In this document: positions 10,171 through 18,217 of the stretch, piece by piece
Layout of the letters: each line of letters begins with the position of its first letter
Numbering within the stretch: the stretch's first letter is position 1
Source of the DNA: Betaproteobacteria bacterium
Lineage (GTDB): Bacteria > Pseudomonadota > Gammaproteobacteria > Burkholderiales > SG8-41
Reading direction: 5' to 3'
Assembly (NCBI GenBank): GCA_032128415.1
Contig: JAQBGW010000004.1
Location: 27,116-91,115, forward strand
DNA: 64,000 bases
The notes under the pieces: model-generated
Told to the model about the DNA's origin: nothing
Databases searched by the model: none
What the model saw: the letters and a program-made list of their open reading frames with translations, nothing else
Translations under genes and position numbers: made by a program

Positions 10171-10821
10171 ATGTCCACAGGTTCAGCAAGCCTACGTTTC
10201 GCACTCCTGGTCTCGCCCATCCTTGCGCTGCGCCTGGCCGCGGCGGACGAGTCGCCTCAAACGACCTGCACGCCGGGCGAAGTCGTTCCGCTGGACGAAA
10301 GCGACCGTCAAGCCATCACGCTCGAAGTGGTGCAGCGATATCCGCTCGCGGCCTCGAGTCCCGGCATCAAGTTTGCTGCCGCCTGGTGTGCGATGCCGCA
10401 GACAGAAATCGCCGACGTCGTCTTTTATCCGCACGAAGAAAGTGCTGGCATCAAGGAGGCGTTTCAGGTCCATTGCCGACGCGGGCACCCGGGGGATTCG
10501 TGGGCGTGCGAACGGACGAGACTGCGTCGCTACGTGCGGCTTGACTCGCAGGACTTCGAGGTCCGTGTCGTAGGCAATCCCAAGATCGACGAAATACTCG
10601 CCCTCATTCAGGCGACTCGGGGGACGGCGCAGTCGACCGCAGCCGGTCCGGCCATCGCCGAGGCAGTTATCATCGTCATCCCGGCGGATGGCGGATATGT
10701 CGTCGGCTGGGGCAGTGACGAGGGCTACGGAGGGATCAGCGTGGAAGCGCGACTCAGGGAAAACGGCAATCCTGCGGTGCCAGAAGACTGGCTGACGCAA
10801 ATATCCGAGACGCCGGAATAG
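10171..10821 (+). CDS. secreted hypothetical protein
   Basis: N-terminal signal-like segment LRFALLVSPILALRLAAA. 216-aa ORF with no recognised family. Confidence 0.55.
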   Translation: MSTGSASLRFALLVSPILALRLAAADESPQTTCTPGEVVPLDESDRQAITLEVVQRYPLAASSPGIKFAAAWCAMPQTEIADVVFYPHEESAGIKEAFQVHCRRGHPGDSWACERTRLRRYVRLDSQDFEVRVVGNPKIDEILALIQATRGTAQSTAAGPAIAEAVIIVIPADGGYVVGWGSDEGYGGISVEARLRENGNPAVPEDWLTQISETPE

Positions 10822-10839
10822 CCATCCGGCAACCGCTGG

Positions 10840-11058
10840 TCACCCGCCCTTCGCGAGAGCAACAAACTCCAGCAGATCCCCCGGCTGGCACTTCAACTCG
10901 CGGCACAAGGCTTCCAGCGTGGTGAAGCGAATGGCTCGCGCTTTGTTGGTCTTCAGGATGGAAAGATTGGCGAGCGTGATCCCCATTCTCTGGGCCAATT
11001 CGGTCAGCGTGATCTCACGCTCCGACATCACGCGATCGAGGTTGAGCTTGATGGGCAT
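10840..11058 (-). CDS. helix-turn-helix transcriptional regulator (YozG-like, XRE/Cro family)
   Basis: 72 aa. ITLTELAQRMGITLANLSILKTNKARAIRFTTLEALCRELKCQPGDLLEF is the classic short YozG-type HTH that pairs with DUF2975. Confidence 0.85.
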   Translation of the reverse strand: MPIKLNLDRVMSEREITLTELAQRMGITLANLSILKTNKARAIRFTTLEALCRELKCQPGDLLEFVALAKGG

Positions 11059-11067
11059 GGGCTGCGC

Positions 11068-11334
11068 TCAGACCGTAAGGTCGCTGTCGCGTTGCAGAGC
11101 GAGCCCCTGGCGGAAAACTTCCGCCAGCGCCAGAACCAGGAGCCCATAGAAAAATGTGGGTCTGCCGAACGGAGAGTGATACCCGAGCCACGGCGGGCTC
11201 TGGGCCGGCGGCAGGTGCACCGGCGTTCCTGAAATGGCGATCTGGGTGTGATCCACGAGGTAGGCGTACATCGCGTGAGCGAACCAGGCGCCGGGCATGC
11301 AGGTCGCCGCCGAAATCCATCTGGGCACCCGCAC
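11068..11334 (-). pseudogene. 5'-truncated DUF2975-family membrane protein remnant
   Basis: The C-terminal tail ...FFYGLLVLALAEVFRQGLALQRDSDLTV matches the DUF2975 C-terminus, and the gene sits 9 nt upstream of its usual YozG-like partner. At most 88 codons remain where I recall about 150+, and the 5' part is the reverse complement of an HlyD gene tail. Confidence 0.55.
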
Positions 11335-11398
11335 CGTGCTGGAGTATCTGCTCTCGCCGGTGACCAGGGCGTTTCATGAGGCGGGGCGGGAGCGGTAG
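11279..11398 (+). pseudogene. 3'-terminal remnant of an HlyD-family type I secretion membrane-fusion protein gene
   Basis: The frame from 11279 reads ANQAPGMQVAAEIHLGTRTVLEYLLSPVTRAFHEAGRER-stop, the conserved C-terminal signature of HlyD-type adaptors. A stop lies immediately upstream and no gene body is present. Confidence 0.6.
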
Positions 11399-11523
11399 CG
11401 GCGTTCGCACTGTGGCGTAAGGTTGGCGCAAGCCGGTACTGCGAGCATGTCATCCGTGCTGTGCTGATCCAGGGATGCTGGTTCATGTGCAGAACCCCAT
11501 CCACTTCTATTCAGGAGTTCGTT

Positions 11524-11727
11524 ATGAAAAAGATTATTTCAGGAATCACCCTGTCGTTGGTGTCGCTGGCAGCGCTGGCTCAAGAAGCCATCGTTCCTGA
11601 GGTGCCGCAAGTTGATTCCGACCCCACCGCAATGATCATATTCGCGGTGTTATTTGTCGGCATGATCGGCGTCTACGCCTTCGTGATCTGGAGGAACGAG
11701 CGGAAAAAGAAAGACACGACCGAATAA
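11524..11727 (+). CDS. small secreted/single-pass membrane protein (67 aa)
   Basis: ATG at 11524 preceded by CAGGAG. Signal peptide (LAALAQEA), one C-terminal TM helix, then a basic tail RNERKKKD. Followed by a strong terminator. Confidence 0.55.
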   Translation: MKKIISGITLSLVSLAALAQEAIVPEVPQVDSDPTAMIIFAVLFVGMIGVYAFVIWRNERKKKDTTE

Positions 11728-11750
11728 CCGGCATACGGCCCTAAGCCCGC

Positions 11751-11782
11751 AAAAAAAGGCGCTCCGCGGAGCGCCTTTTTTA
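11751..11782. terminator. bidirectional Rho-independent terminator
   Basis: aaaaaaaGGCGCTCCGCGGAGCGCCtttttt: a perfect GC-rich stem flanked by an A-run and a T-run, between convergent genes. Confidence 0.75.
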
Positions 11783-11800
11783 TTAAGTGACGTGGCCAGA

Positions 11801-13084
11801 TCAGAAATAAGCCTGCCCGCGTTTGACCGGCGGCGTCCAGCCGCAGTCCGACCACGGTCCGTCGCCGTGTTCCTTGATGTATGAAATACGGCCGCGTTTG
11901 GTCGGCTTTTTGCCCGAGAAAAAGGCCTGGAGCCAGTCGAACACATAATCGTGGCAGTCCATGCCGCCGAGATTGCCGATGCTCCACAGCGGATGGTATT
12001 GGTTCTCGAATACCCACATTTCCTTCGGCACCTTGAGGTCTTCGTAGGCCTCGATCGCGTCTTCCAGCGGGCACAGCGGATCGAATTCGCCGGTGACCAG
12101 CAGCGTCGGGCATTTGATCTTGTCGAGATAGCCGCGCACCGTCATGCCTTTGGCGACTTCTTCGTCGAAGCGTTCCTCGTCCTCGTAACCCGCCATGTAC
12201 ATGAACATCTGTTTGAAGCGCGGTGAGGACTGCGTGAAGATGGTGTTGTTCGGATTGAAGCAGGCCACGGAGCTGACGACAACGGCTGCGCGATGGTCGT
12301 AGCTCGACAGCCGCAGCGACCAGTAACTCCCCATGCTGATGCCGTAGATGGCGATTTTGTTCTTGTCGACTTCCGGACGTTTGCGCAGGTAGCTGATCAC
12401 GGCGGCGCCGGCGCGTTCGTAGTTGTCGGCTACCGCGCGGATTTTCTGCAGGTTGGAATTGCCCTGGCCCGGGCCGTCCATCGCCAGCACATGAAAGCCG
12501 CGGGCGTGGGCGATGTTGTGGTACGCCTTGGGAAACACTTCCTTGGACTGGTCCATGCCCGGCACGTAGATCACCACCGGCGCCTTGCGCCGGTCCGGCA
12601 GCAGGTGCAGCAGGCATGAAATTGTTGTGCCATTGTCGAACGGCACCTCAACGCGCTCGATCGGGTAGTCCGCCGTTTGCGTGCGGCGGTCCACCACTGC
12701 GGAGAGCTTGCGGTAGAGCTGCTTTTTGACCGGGTGATTGTCGAAGTAGATGGGATGCTGGGCCATGCGGTAAGCCTCGATCGCATGGTCATAGTGATAC
12801 GTCGCAGTAGCCTTGGCGCCGCGCGCCTGCGCCAGTTTGGCCAGGCGCTCGTGACGCTCGCCGGCTTCGCGCCAGACTTTCGGCAGCATCCGGTAATTAC
12901 GGGCGCGCTTGCCGGCGGGAACCTCGACGTCGTCGCGTTCGAAATTCTGCACGCGCCCGCGCATGTTCAGCGCGAGGTCGAGCATCCATTGCTGGTTGTC
13001 GCGCTCAGTTCTCAGCTTGCGTATCACGGTTACTCCAGTCTGTCGGTTCACAACATCAAAGGGCCGATGGCGATGCTGCGCCAT
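11801..13084 (-). CDS. alpha/beta hydrolase (DHPON-hydrolase / DUF1100-like family)
   Basis: 427 aa. Nucleophile elbow GISMGSYW. The overall layout resembles 2,6-dihydropseudooxynicotine hydrolase-type C-C hydrolases. Paralogous to 25957..27126. Confidence 0.8.
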   Translation of the reverse strand: MAQHRHRPFDVVNRQTGVTVIRKLRTERDNQQWMLDLALNMRGRVQNFERDDVEVPAGKRARNYRMLPKVWREAGERHERLAKLAQARGAKATATYHYDHAIEAYRMAQHPIYFDNHPVKKQLYRKLSAVVDRRTQTADYPIERVEVPFDNGTTISCLLHLLPDRRKAPVVIYVPGMDQSKEVFPKAYHNIAHARGFHVLAMDGPGQGNSNLQKIRAVADNYERAGAAVISYLRKRPEVDKNKIAIYGISMGSYWSLRLSSYDHRAAVVVSSVACFNPNNTIFTQSSPRFKQMFMYMAGYEDEERFDEEVAKGMTVRGYLDKIKCPTLLVTGEFDPLCPLEDAIEAYEDLKVPKEMWVFENQYHPLWSIGNLGGMDCHDYVFDWLQAFFSGKKPTKRGRISYIKEHGDGPWSDCGWTPPVKRGQAYF

Positions 13085-13095
13085 GGCTGCGGTTT

Positions 13096-13518
13096 TCAGC
13101 GCGGGCGAAATATCAGGGTAATGCGGTTGCCGACCGGCAGTGCGGTGTGGCGGGCTTGTTCGGTCAGGCGCAGGATCAAGGGTACGCCGAGCCCGCCGAC
13201 CTGGCGGAGGTCAATATTCGGATCGGTATGGCTGGTGGAGACTTCGGCAAACGGATCGTGTGGCGGCGAGCGATCTTCGTAGGTCAGCCCAATCGAGCGA
13301 TCCGCATTGGGCTCGATGCCCAGATACACTTGATTTCCGGCGCCCTCCGGTGTGCCATATTTCACGGAATTGGTGAATAATTCCTCAAGAATCAGCGTAC
13401 AGCGATGAATATCATTGGGTTGCCAGTGCAACGCGGCAACGCGCGTTTCCAGCTGCTCGCGTATGGCATCGAAGGCTTCCAGGCGTGCGGGGAACGATTG
13501 CAGGGGCGAGATGGGCAT
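13096..13518 (-). CDS. RsbW/SpoIIAB-like anti-sigma-type serine kinase (HATPase_c_2)
   Basis: ATG at 13518 (MPISPLQSF...). N-box EELFTNSVKYG, then DRSPPHDPF and GGLGVPLI motifs of GHKL-type partner-switching kinases. Confidence 0.75.
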   Translation of the reverse strand: MPISPLQSFPARLEAFDAIREQLETRVAALHWQPNDIHRCTLILEELFTNSVKYGTPEGAGNQVYLGIEPNADRSIGLTYEDRSPPHDPFAEVSTSHTDPNIDLRQVGGLGVPLILRLTEQARHTALPVGNRITLIFRPR

Positions 13519-13642
13519 AGGGCAAGCACAGGATCCGTGGAGTGGCGGACATAGACGCAATGGCAGTATTATAATCACCTCGTCGTCATCGTTGGCCGGT
13601 GTTTTTCCGGGCAGCGATCATCACTTTGACCAGGAGCGTGCC

Positions 13643-14089
13643 ATGCTGATTCGAAATCTGAAATACATAGTTGTCGCAATGGCTGTGCTGTTTGCGCCTG
13701 CGGTTATGGCGGCGGACGACGCGGGACAGATCAAGGTGGTTAACGGATCGGTCACCATCGAGCGCGGTGGACAAACCCTGCCGGCCGTGATGGGGGCACG
13801 TATTCAGCAAACGGATACTCTGCGCACCGGTGCCGGGGGCTCGGTCGGCGTCACCATGCTCGACAACACGCTGGTATCGGTCGGGCCGAACAGCGTGCTG
13901 GTCATCGAGCGCTATGCTTTTAACTCCACCACGCATCAGGGCCACTTTGACGCCGGCCTGCGTCGCGGTACGCTGTCCATGGTGTCAGGCAAGCTGGCCA
14001 AGCAATCGCCGGATGCGGTGCGGGTGATTACGCCGGGCACTGTGCTGGGTGCGCGTGGCACTGAATTTCACGTTCAAGTCACCGACTGA
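13643..14089 (+). CDS. FecR-domain periplasmic protein
   Basis: ATG at 13643 preceded by CAGGAG. Signal peptide. GQIKVVNGSVTIERGGQTLPA..GARIQQTDTLRTGAGGSVGVTMLDNTLVSVGPNS matches the FecR domain pattern. Confidence 0.8.
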   Translation: MLIRNLKYIVVAMAVLFAPAVMAADDAGQIKVVNGSVTIERGGQTLPAVMGARIQQTDTLRTGAGGSVGVTMLDNTLVSVGPNSVLVIERYAFNSTTHQGHFDAGLRRGTLSMVSGKLAKQSPDAVRVITPGTVLGARGTEFHVQVTD

Positions 14090-14103
14090 TTCCGGGCGTT
14101 CAC

Positions 14104-14733
14104 ATGCGCTTGAATGAGCTGGGCAGCATAATAGTCATTGTCGTGCTGACGCTGATGGCGTACTTCGTGTCGCAGCAGCCCTCCTCTGCGCCGCAACCGA
14201 AAACCCTGGTCATACTGGTACCGGGTGCGGATGGCAAAGTGGGCGCTGTCAGCGTCAAGTCGGCACAGGGTGAAACGGTAATCGACAGCGCCTATGCCTC
14301 GGCGACGTCCGTCGGCGGCGCTGCACCGGTCGTCGGCCGCAGCAGCGCCGCGCAGGTGCAACAGATATTTGGTGACACCACGCTCAAGGCGCGGCCGCAA
14401 CCGCCGGTATCCTATACGCTGAACTTTCTCGAAGGGAGTGACGAGTACACGACGGAATCGCGCCAGACCTTTGAAACGGTTTTGCGTGAACTCGCCAAGC
14501 GGCCCGCCGCTGAAATCGCCGTGATTGGCCATACCGACCGTGCCGGCGCTGTGGAATACAACGACAAGTTGTCGCGGCAGCGCGCGGAGCGCGTACGCAC
14601 TGATTTTCTGAAGCGCGGTGTGCCGGAGCGCTCGATCAGCGTGGCCGGCCGCGGCGAGCGCGAACCGCTGGTAGCGACGGCTGACGAGATACCGGAAGCC
14701 CGCAACCGGCGCGTCGAGATCAATATTCGCTAA
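14104..14733 (+). CDS. OmpA-family peptidoglycan-binding protein
   Basis: N-terminal TM anchor. C-terminal OmpA-like domain (VIGHTDRAGAVEYNDKLSRQRAERV...NRRVEI). Confidence 0.9.
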   Translation: MRLNELGSIIVIVVLTLMAYFVSQQPSSAPQPKTLVILVPGADGKVGAVSVKSAQGETVIDSAYASATSVGGAAPVVGRSSAAQVQQIFGDTTLKARPQPPVSYTLNFLEGSDEYTTESRQTFETVLRELAKRPAAEIAVIGHTDRAGAVEYNDKLSRQRAERVRTDFLKRGVPERSISVAGRGEREPLVATADEIPEARNRRVEINIR

Positions 14734-16808
14734 AGGTTCTGGCCGGACTTTGCCGGTCCGCGCCAGCGCAGCGCGAGCATCGTAATATCATCGGCGCGTT
14801 CCTCGACAGCCCCGTACTCCTGCAGATCGCGCTGCACAGCCGCGATGATATCGGCGCAGGAGATCGTCCGGTCCAGTTCTCCCAGCAGCCGGCACAACCG
14901 TTCGCGGCCATAGAGTTGGCCTTGTGCATCCATCGCTTCTGTCACGCCGTCGGTGTAGAGGAGCAATGCGTCGCCCGGCTCCAGCGTGCAGACCGCACCG
15001 ATATAAGGATGCTCCTCGATCATGCAGATGGGCGGCCCGCCGGCGGCGTCCAGCCGTTCGAGGCCGCCGCGGTTGCGCAGCAGAATCGGCGCGTCGTGTC
15101 CCGCGTTGGCGTAATCCAGTCGGCCGCTGTTGAGTTCGAGGCTGCACAGCAGCGCAGTCACAAACATTTCTTCCGGGTTGTCGCGGGCAATTTCCTGGTT
15201 GGCCTCGGTCAGCACGGCGGCCATGTTGCTGCCGCCGCGCAATGCCGCGCTCTTGCACAGGGCCTTGCTGACGGCCATGAGCAGGCTCGCCGGCAGTCCC
15301 TTGCCCGACACGTCGCCGACGAGGAAGGTCAGGCGATCCGCCGACGGTTTGAAGAAATCGTACAGGTCACCGCCGACCACCCGCGCTGGCGCCATCACCG
15401 CGTCAATGTCGCAGCGCGCCTCGGACATCAGCGCCGATGCTTGCGGCAACAGGCCCGTCTGCACGCGGCGTGCGGCTTCAAGTTCGCCCGAGACGCGGGC
15501 AGCCGTTTCGCGCTCAGCAAGCAGGGATAAACGCAACGTGCGGCGCTGCCGTTCCAGATGTATCAATTTGCTGCCCAGGCATGCCATGAATACCAATGCG
15601 AGTCCGACTGCGGGCGAGGCTGCGTCAAACAATAATCCGTTCGCGCGGAAGGCCACGGCGCCGGTCATGGCGACGACGGCGATTAACAACGCGGCACCGC
15701 CCAGTGATATTACAGGCCGCGCCCGCGGGGTGACCATCACCAACAGCAGACCGGTCAGCGCGAGGATTGCGAGTTCTACCTGGTGCGCCCAGTGCGGTCG
15801 CGACAGATACTGGCCGTCAAAAATGTTTTCCAGTATTTGCACGTGTATCTCGGCACCGGGCACGCGTGCATCGACCGGGGTCGCAGGGAAATCGACCAGC
15901 GCAATCCCGGTCAGCGCAATAATGACCAGTTTGCCCCGCAGCAATGCCGGATCAACGCGATTTTCAATCACGTCGGTTGCGGATACAAAGCGCGACGAGT
16001 CGTGCTTGCTGAAATGGATGCGCACCTGGCCGTCGCTCCCGGTAGGTATGGCGATGTCGCCGGTGCCGACGGTGCTGACGCCCGCTGCGGTGGCGCGTAT
16101 GCGGATCACCGGTTCTTTGGCGGCGACGCGGATCATTTCCAGACCCAGCATGGGCACTATGGCGTTATTGATGACGGCGACCACGGGCAGGCTGCGCACG
16201 ATACCGCCCTGCGTGTCGGTGCTGATGGCACCGTGACCGGCCGCCGCACGATCGATGATCGGCGTGCTGCGCACGGCATTGCGGTAGCGCAAAAGCCGGT
16301 GCAGCGGATCGGGGCCTTCAATGACGATGGGCGCGAAACCGCCCTGCTCATTTACGCCTTCACCGTTGGTGCCGGCCACCGCCAGCACGCCGCGCGCACG
16401 GCTCAGTGCGGCGGCGAACTGGCGATCATGATCGGAGTCGGCAAGGCCGGCCGCCCTGGCGTAACGATCCTGCTCGGGGAACAGCAGGTCGAGGCCGATT
16501 GCAGCCGGTTGGTTTGCGGAAATGCTGTCAACCAGACGCGCGAGATCGCGGCGTGGCCAGGGCCAGTGGCCGTAACGACGGAGGCTCGCTTCATCAATGG
16601 CCACAATGACGGCAGGTGCGCTTTGCCGTTCGCGTGGCCACAGTTTCTGATACACATCAAACAAAGCGAGTTGCAATATTTGATGCGCGGGTGTGAACGC
16701 CATCTGCAGCGCAACGAGGGTCGCGAGCACGATGATTCCCGCTCCCCACGAGGGCCATAGCCGCCGTGCCGGGGCGCGAGCCGGCGTTTGTGGGGTAGAC
16801 GCAGACAC
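14730..16808 (-). CDS. CHASE2 sensor domain / PP2C (SpoIIE-type) serine phosphatase
   Basis: The GTG at 16808 overlaps the upstream stop (TAGTG). N-terminal TM, then CHASE2-like periplasmic region (AVIVAIDEASLRRYGHWPWPR), a TM cluster, then the SpoIIE/PP2C domain (GGDLYDF, GDVSGKG, LYTDGVTEA). The upstream 57 codons of the tracked ORF overlap the MBL gene and are discounted. Confidence 0.85.
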   Translation of the reverse strand: MSASTPQTPARAPARRLWPSWGAGIIVLATLVALQMAFTPAHQILQLALFDVYQKLWPRERQSAPAVIVAIDEASLRRYGHWPWPRRDLARLVDSISANQPAAIGLDLLFPEQDRYARAAGLADSDHDRQFAAALSRARGVLAVAGTNGEGVNEQGGFAPIVIEGPDPLHRLLRYRNAVRSTPIIDRAAAGHGAISTDTQGGIVRSLPVVAVINNAIVPMLGLEMIRVAAKEPVIRIRATAAGVSTVGTGDIAIPTGSDGQVRIHFSKHDSSRFVSATDVIENRVDPALLRGKLVIIALTGIALVDFPATPVDARVPGAEIHVQILENIFDGQYLSRPHWAHQVELAILALTGLLLVMVTPRARPVISLGGAALLIAVVAMTGAVAFRANGLLFDAASPAVGLALVFMACLGSKLIHLERQRRTLRLSLLAERETAARVSGELEAARRVQTGLLPQASALMSEARCDIDAVMAPARVVGGDLYDFFKPSADRLTFLVGDVSGKGLPASLLMAVSKALCKSAALRGGSNMAAVLTEANQEIARDNPEEMFVTALLCSLELNSGRLDYANAGHDAPILLRNRGGLERLDAAGGPPICMIEEHPYIGAVCTLEPGDALLLYTDGVTEAMDAQGQLYGRERLCRLLGELDRTISCADIIAAVQRDLQEYGAVEERADDITMLALRWRGPAKSGQNL

Positions 16809-17764
16809 TAGAGCGTTACCACCAGGCCGTCGTAAGCACTGAATACTTCCAGCGCTGCACCGTCGCGCGTGATTTCCTCGAGACGTCGTGTCTGCCGCAG
16901 CACATCCTCGAGCTGGACGTCGGTGTATGACGGCTCGTGGTGAAACAGGCACAGGCGCCTGGCGCGCGCCATCTGGCACAGCTCGACGCCGATGACATTG
17001 CTGGAGTGCCCCCAGTCTTCCTTGACCGATGCAGCATCCGCCAGCGAGTACATGGCATCAAAAATAACCAGATCGGCTTCGCTGAAGAACTGCGCGAATG
17101 CCTCGGACTCCCCGTCTTGTTCGGTGCGATGTTCGGAATCCGTGGAATACACCACGCGCTTGCCGTTTTTTTCGAAACGGTAACCGTAAGAATCGCCGCT
17201 ATGCCGCTGCAGCTTTGGTGTAACAGCGTAGCCGGCGATGGTCGTGGTTTTACCGGGTTCCAGCACATCGAATTCAACCCCGGCCGGTAGTGCCGCGAAC
17301 TCCACCGGGAACGACGGCGCGCCATGTTGGCGGCGGAAGGCGGCTTCGAGCGTGGCATGACAGCCGTGGATGATAATGCGGTTTCCCGATACGTACACGG
17401 GTGGAAACATCGGGAATCCCATGATGTGATCCCAATGCAAATGCGACATGAACACGTGATAAGTCTGCGGTGCGGCCGCCCCGTAGCGCCGCATCATTTC
17501 CACGCCGTAGCGTCGCGCGCCGGAACCAAAATCACAGATCACATGATTATTCTCGCCGTCAATCAATTCGACGCACGATGAATCCCCGCCGAAGGTGCCG
17601 CTGACGCTGAATGGCAGCTCGGCGATGAAGGCATCGATAGCCGCGGGCGTGGCGAGCGCGCGACCTTGTGCCGCTGTCAACGCCGCCCTCAGTTTTGCGC
17701 GTACCCCGGCGGTGGTCAGCGGCGCTGGTAGCGAACCCCGGGTGCCCCAGAAACGGATCTGCAT
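16808..17764 (-). CDS. MBL-fold metallo-hydrolase
   Basis: 318 aa. HxHxDH motif (SHLHWDHIMG) and later His/Asp ligands. Confidence 0.85.
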   Translation of the reverse strand: MQIRFWGTRGSLPAPLTTAGVRAKLRAALTAAQGRALATPAAIDAFIAELPFSVSGTFGGDSSCVELIDGENNHVICDFGSGARRYGVEMMRRYGAAAPQTYHVFMSHLHWDHIMGFPMFPPVYVSGNRIIIHGCHATLEAAFRRQHGAPSFPVEFAALPAGVEFDVLEPGKTTTIAGYAVTPKLQRHSGDSYGYRFEKNGKRVVYSTDSEHRTEQDGESEAFAQFFSEADLVIFDAMYSLADAASVKEDWGHSSNVIGVELCQMARARRLCLFHHEPSYTDVQLEDVLRQTRRLEEITRDGAALEVFSAYDGLVVTL

Positions 17765-17784
17765 ATTGGTTAAATTATTTTAAT

Positions 17785-18153
17785 CTACGCTGCGGCGACT
17801 GTGGCCGGGCTGCCGAGCGCGGCCAGGGCGTCGGGGGTGGTGGTGTATATCTCGTATACCAGATGGAAGTGGCTGATTTCAAATATTTCCTGCACCAGCG
17901 GCTGCATCTGCGCGACGGCGATGCGGCCGCCACGAGCGCGCGCCTGTTTGGCGGCGATCATGAAAATGCGCAGGCCGGCACTGCTGATGTATTCAAGCCC
18001 GGCGAGGTCGAACACGACGCCGACACCGCCGGCGCGACATTTCGCCAGATGCGGATTCAGGGCATTGTGGAAAGCGGCCGCGTTCAGGTGGTCAATGCGG
18101 CCCCGAACCGCAACGATAACGACATTGTCCTGGATTTCGACGCCGAGTTCCAT
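17785..18153 (-). CDS. STAS-domain anti-sigma-factor antagonist-like protein
   Basis: 122 aa. SpoIIAA/RsbV-like pattern with candidate phospho-Ser in LEYISSAGLRIF. AAGGAGG RBS upstream. Confidence 0.85.
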   Translation of the reverse strand: MELGVEIQDNVVIVAVRGRIDHLNAAAFHNALNPHLAKCRAGGVGVVFDLAGLEYISSAGLRIFMIAAKQARARGGRIAVAQMQPLVQEIFEISHFHLVYEIYTTTPDALAALGSPATVAAA

Positions 18154-18217
18154 CCACCCTCCTTGTACCGAAAGTGTAACTCATGGCCCGGCCGGATTGC
18201 AGGGGTTAAGCGGCCCC

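Noticed and set aside
11015-11504. Overlapping ORFs 11015..11431(-), 11028..11504(-) and 11154..11363(+) spanning the rearrangement junction.
   Set aside because: They are frames alternative to the recognisable DUF2975 tail and HlyD tail, with Arg/Pro-rich translations. They are explained by the junction, not by genes.
16809-16979. N-terminal 57 codons of the tracked 749-aa CHASE2-PP2C ORF, and analogous 5' extensions at 6870..7109, 10052..10204, 28209..28292, 49656..49766, 55412..55471, 45364..45465 and 1599..1949.
   Set aside because: The extensions overlap upstream genes or are compositionally aberrant. Internal starts give proper signal peptides, lipoboxes, RBS or conserved N-termini.
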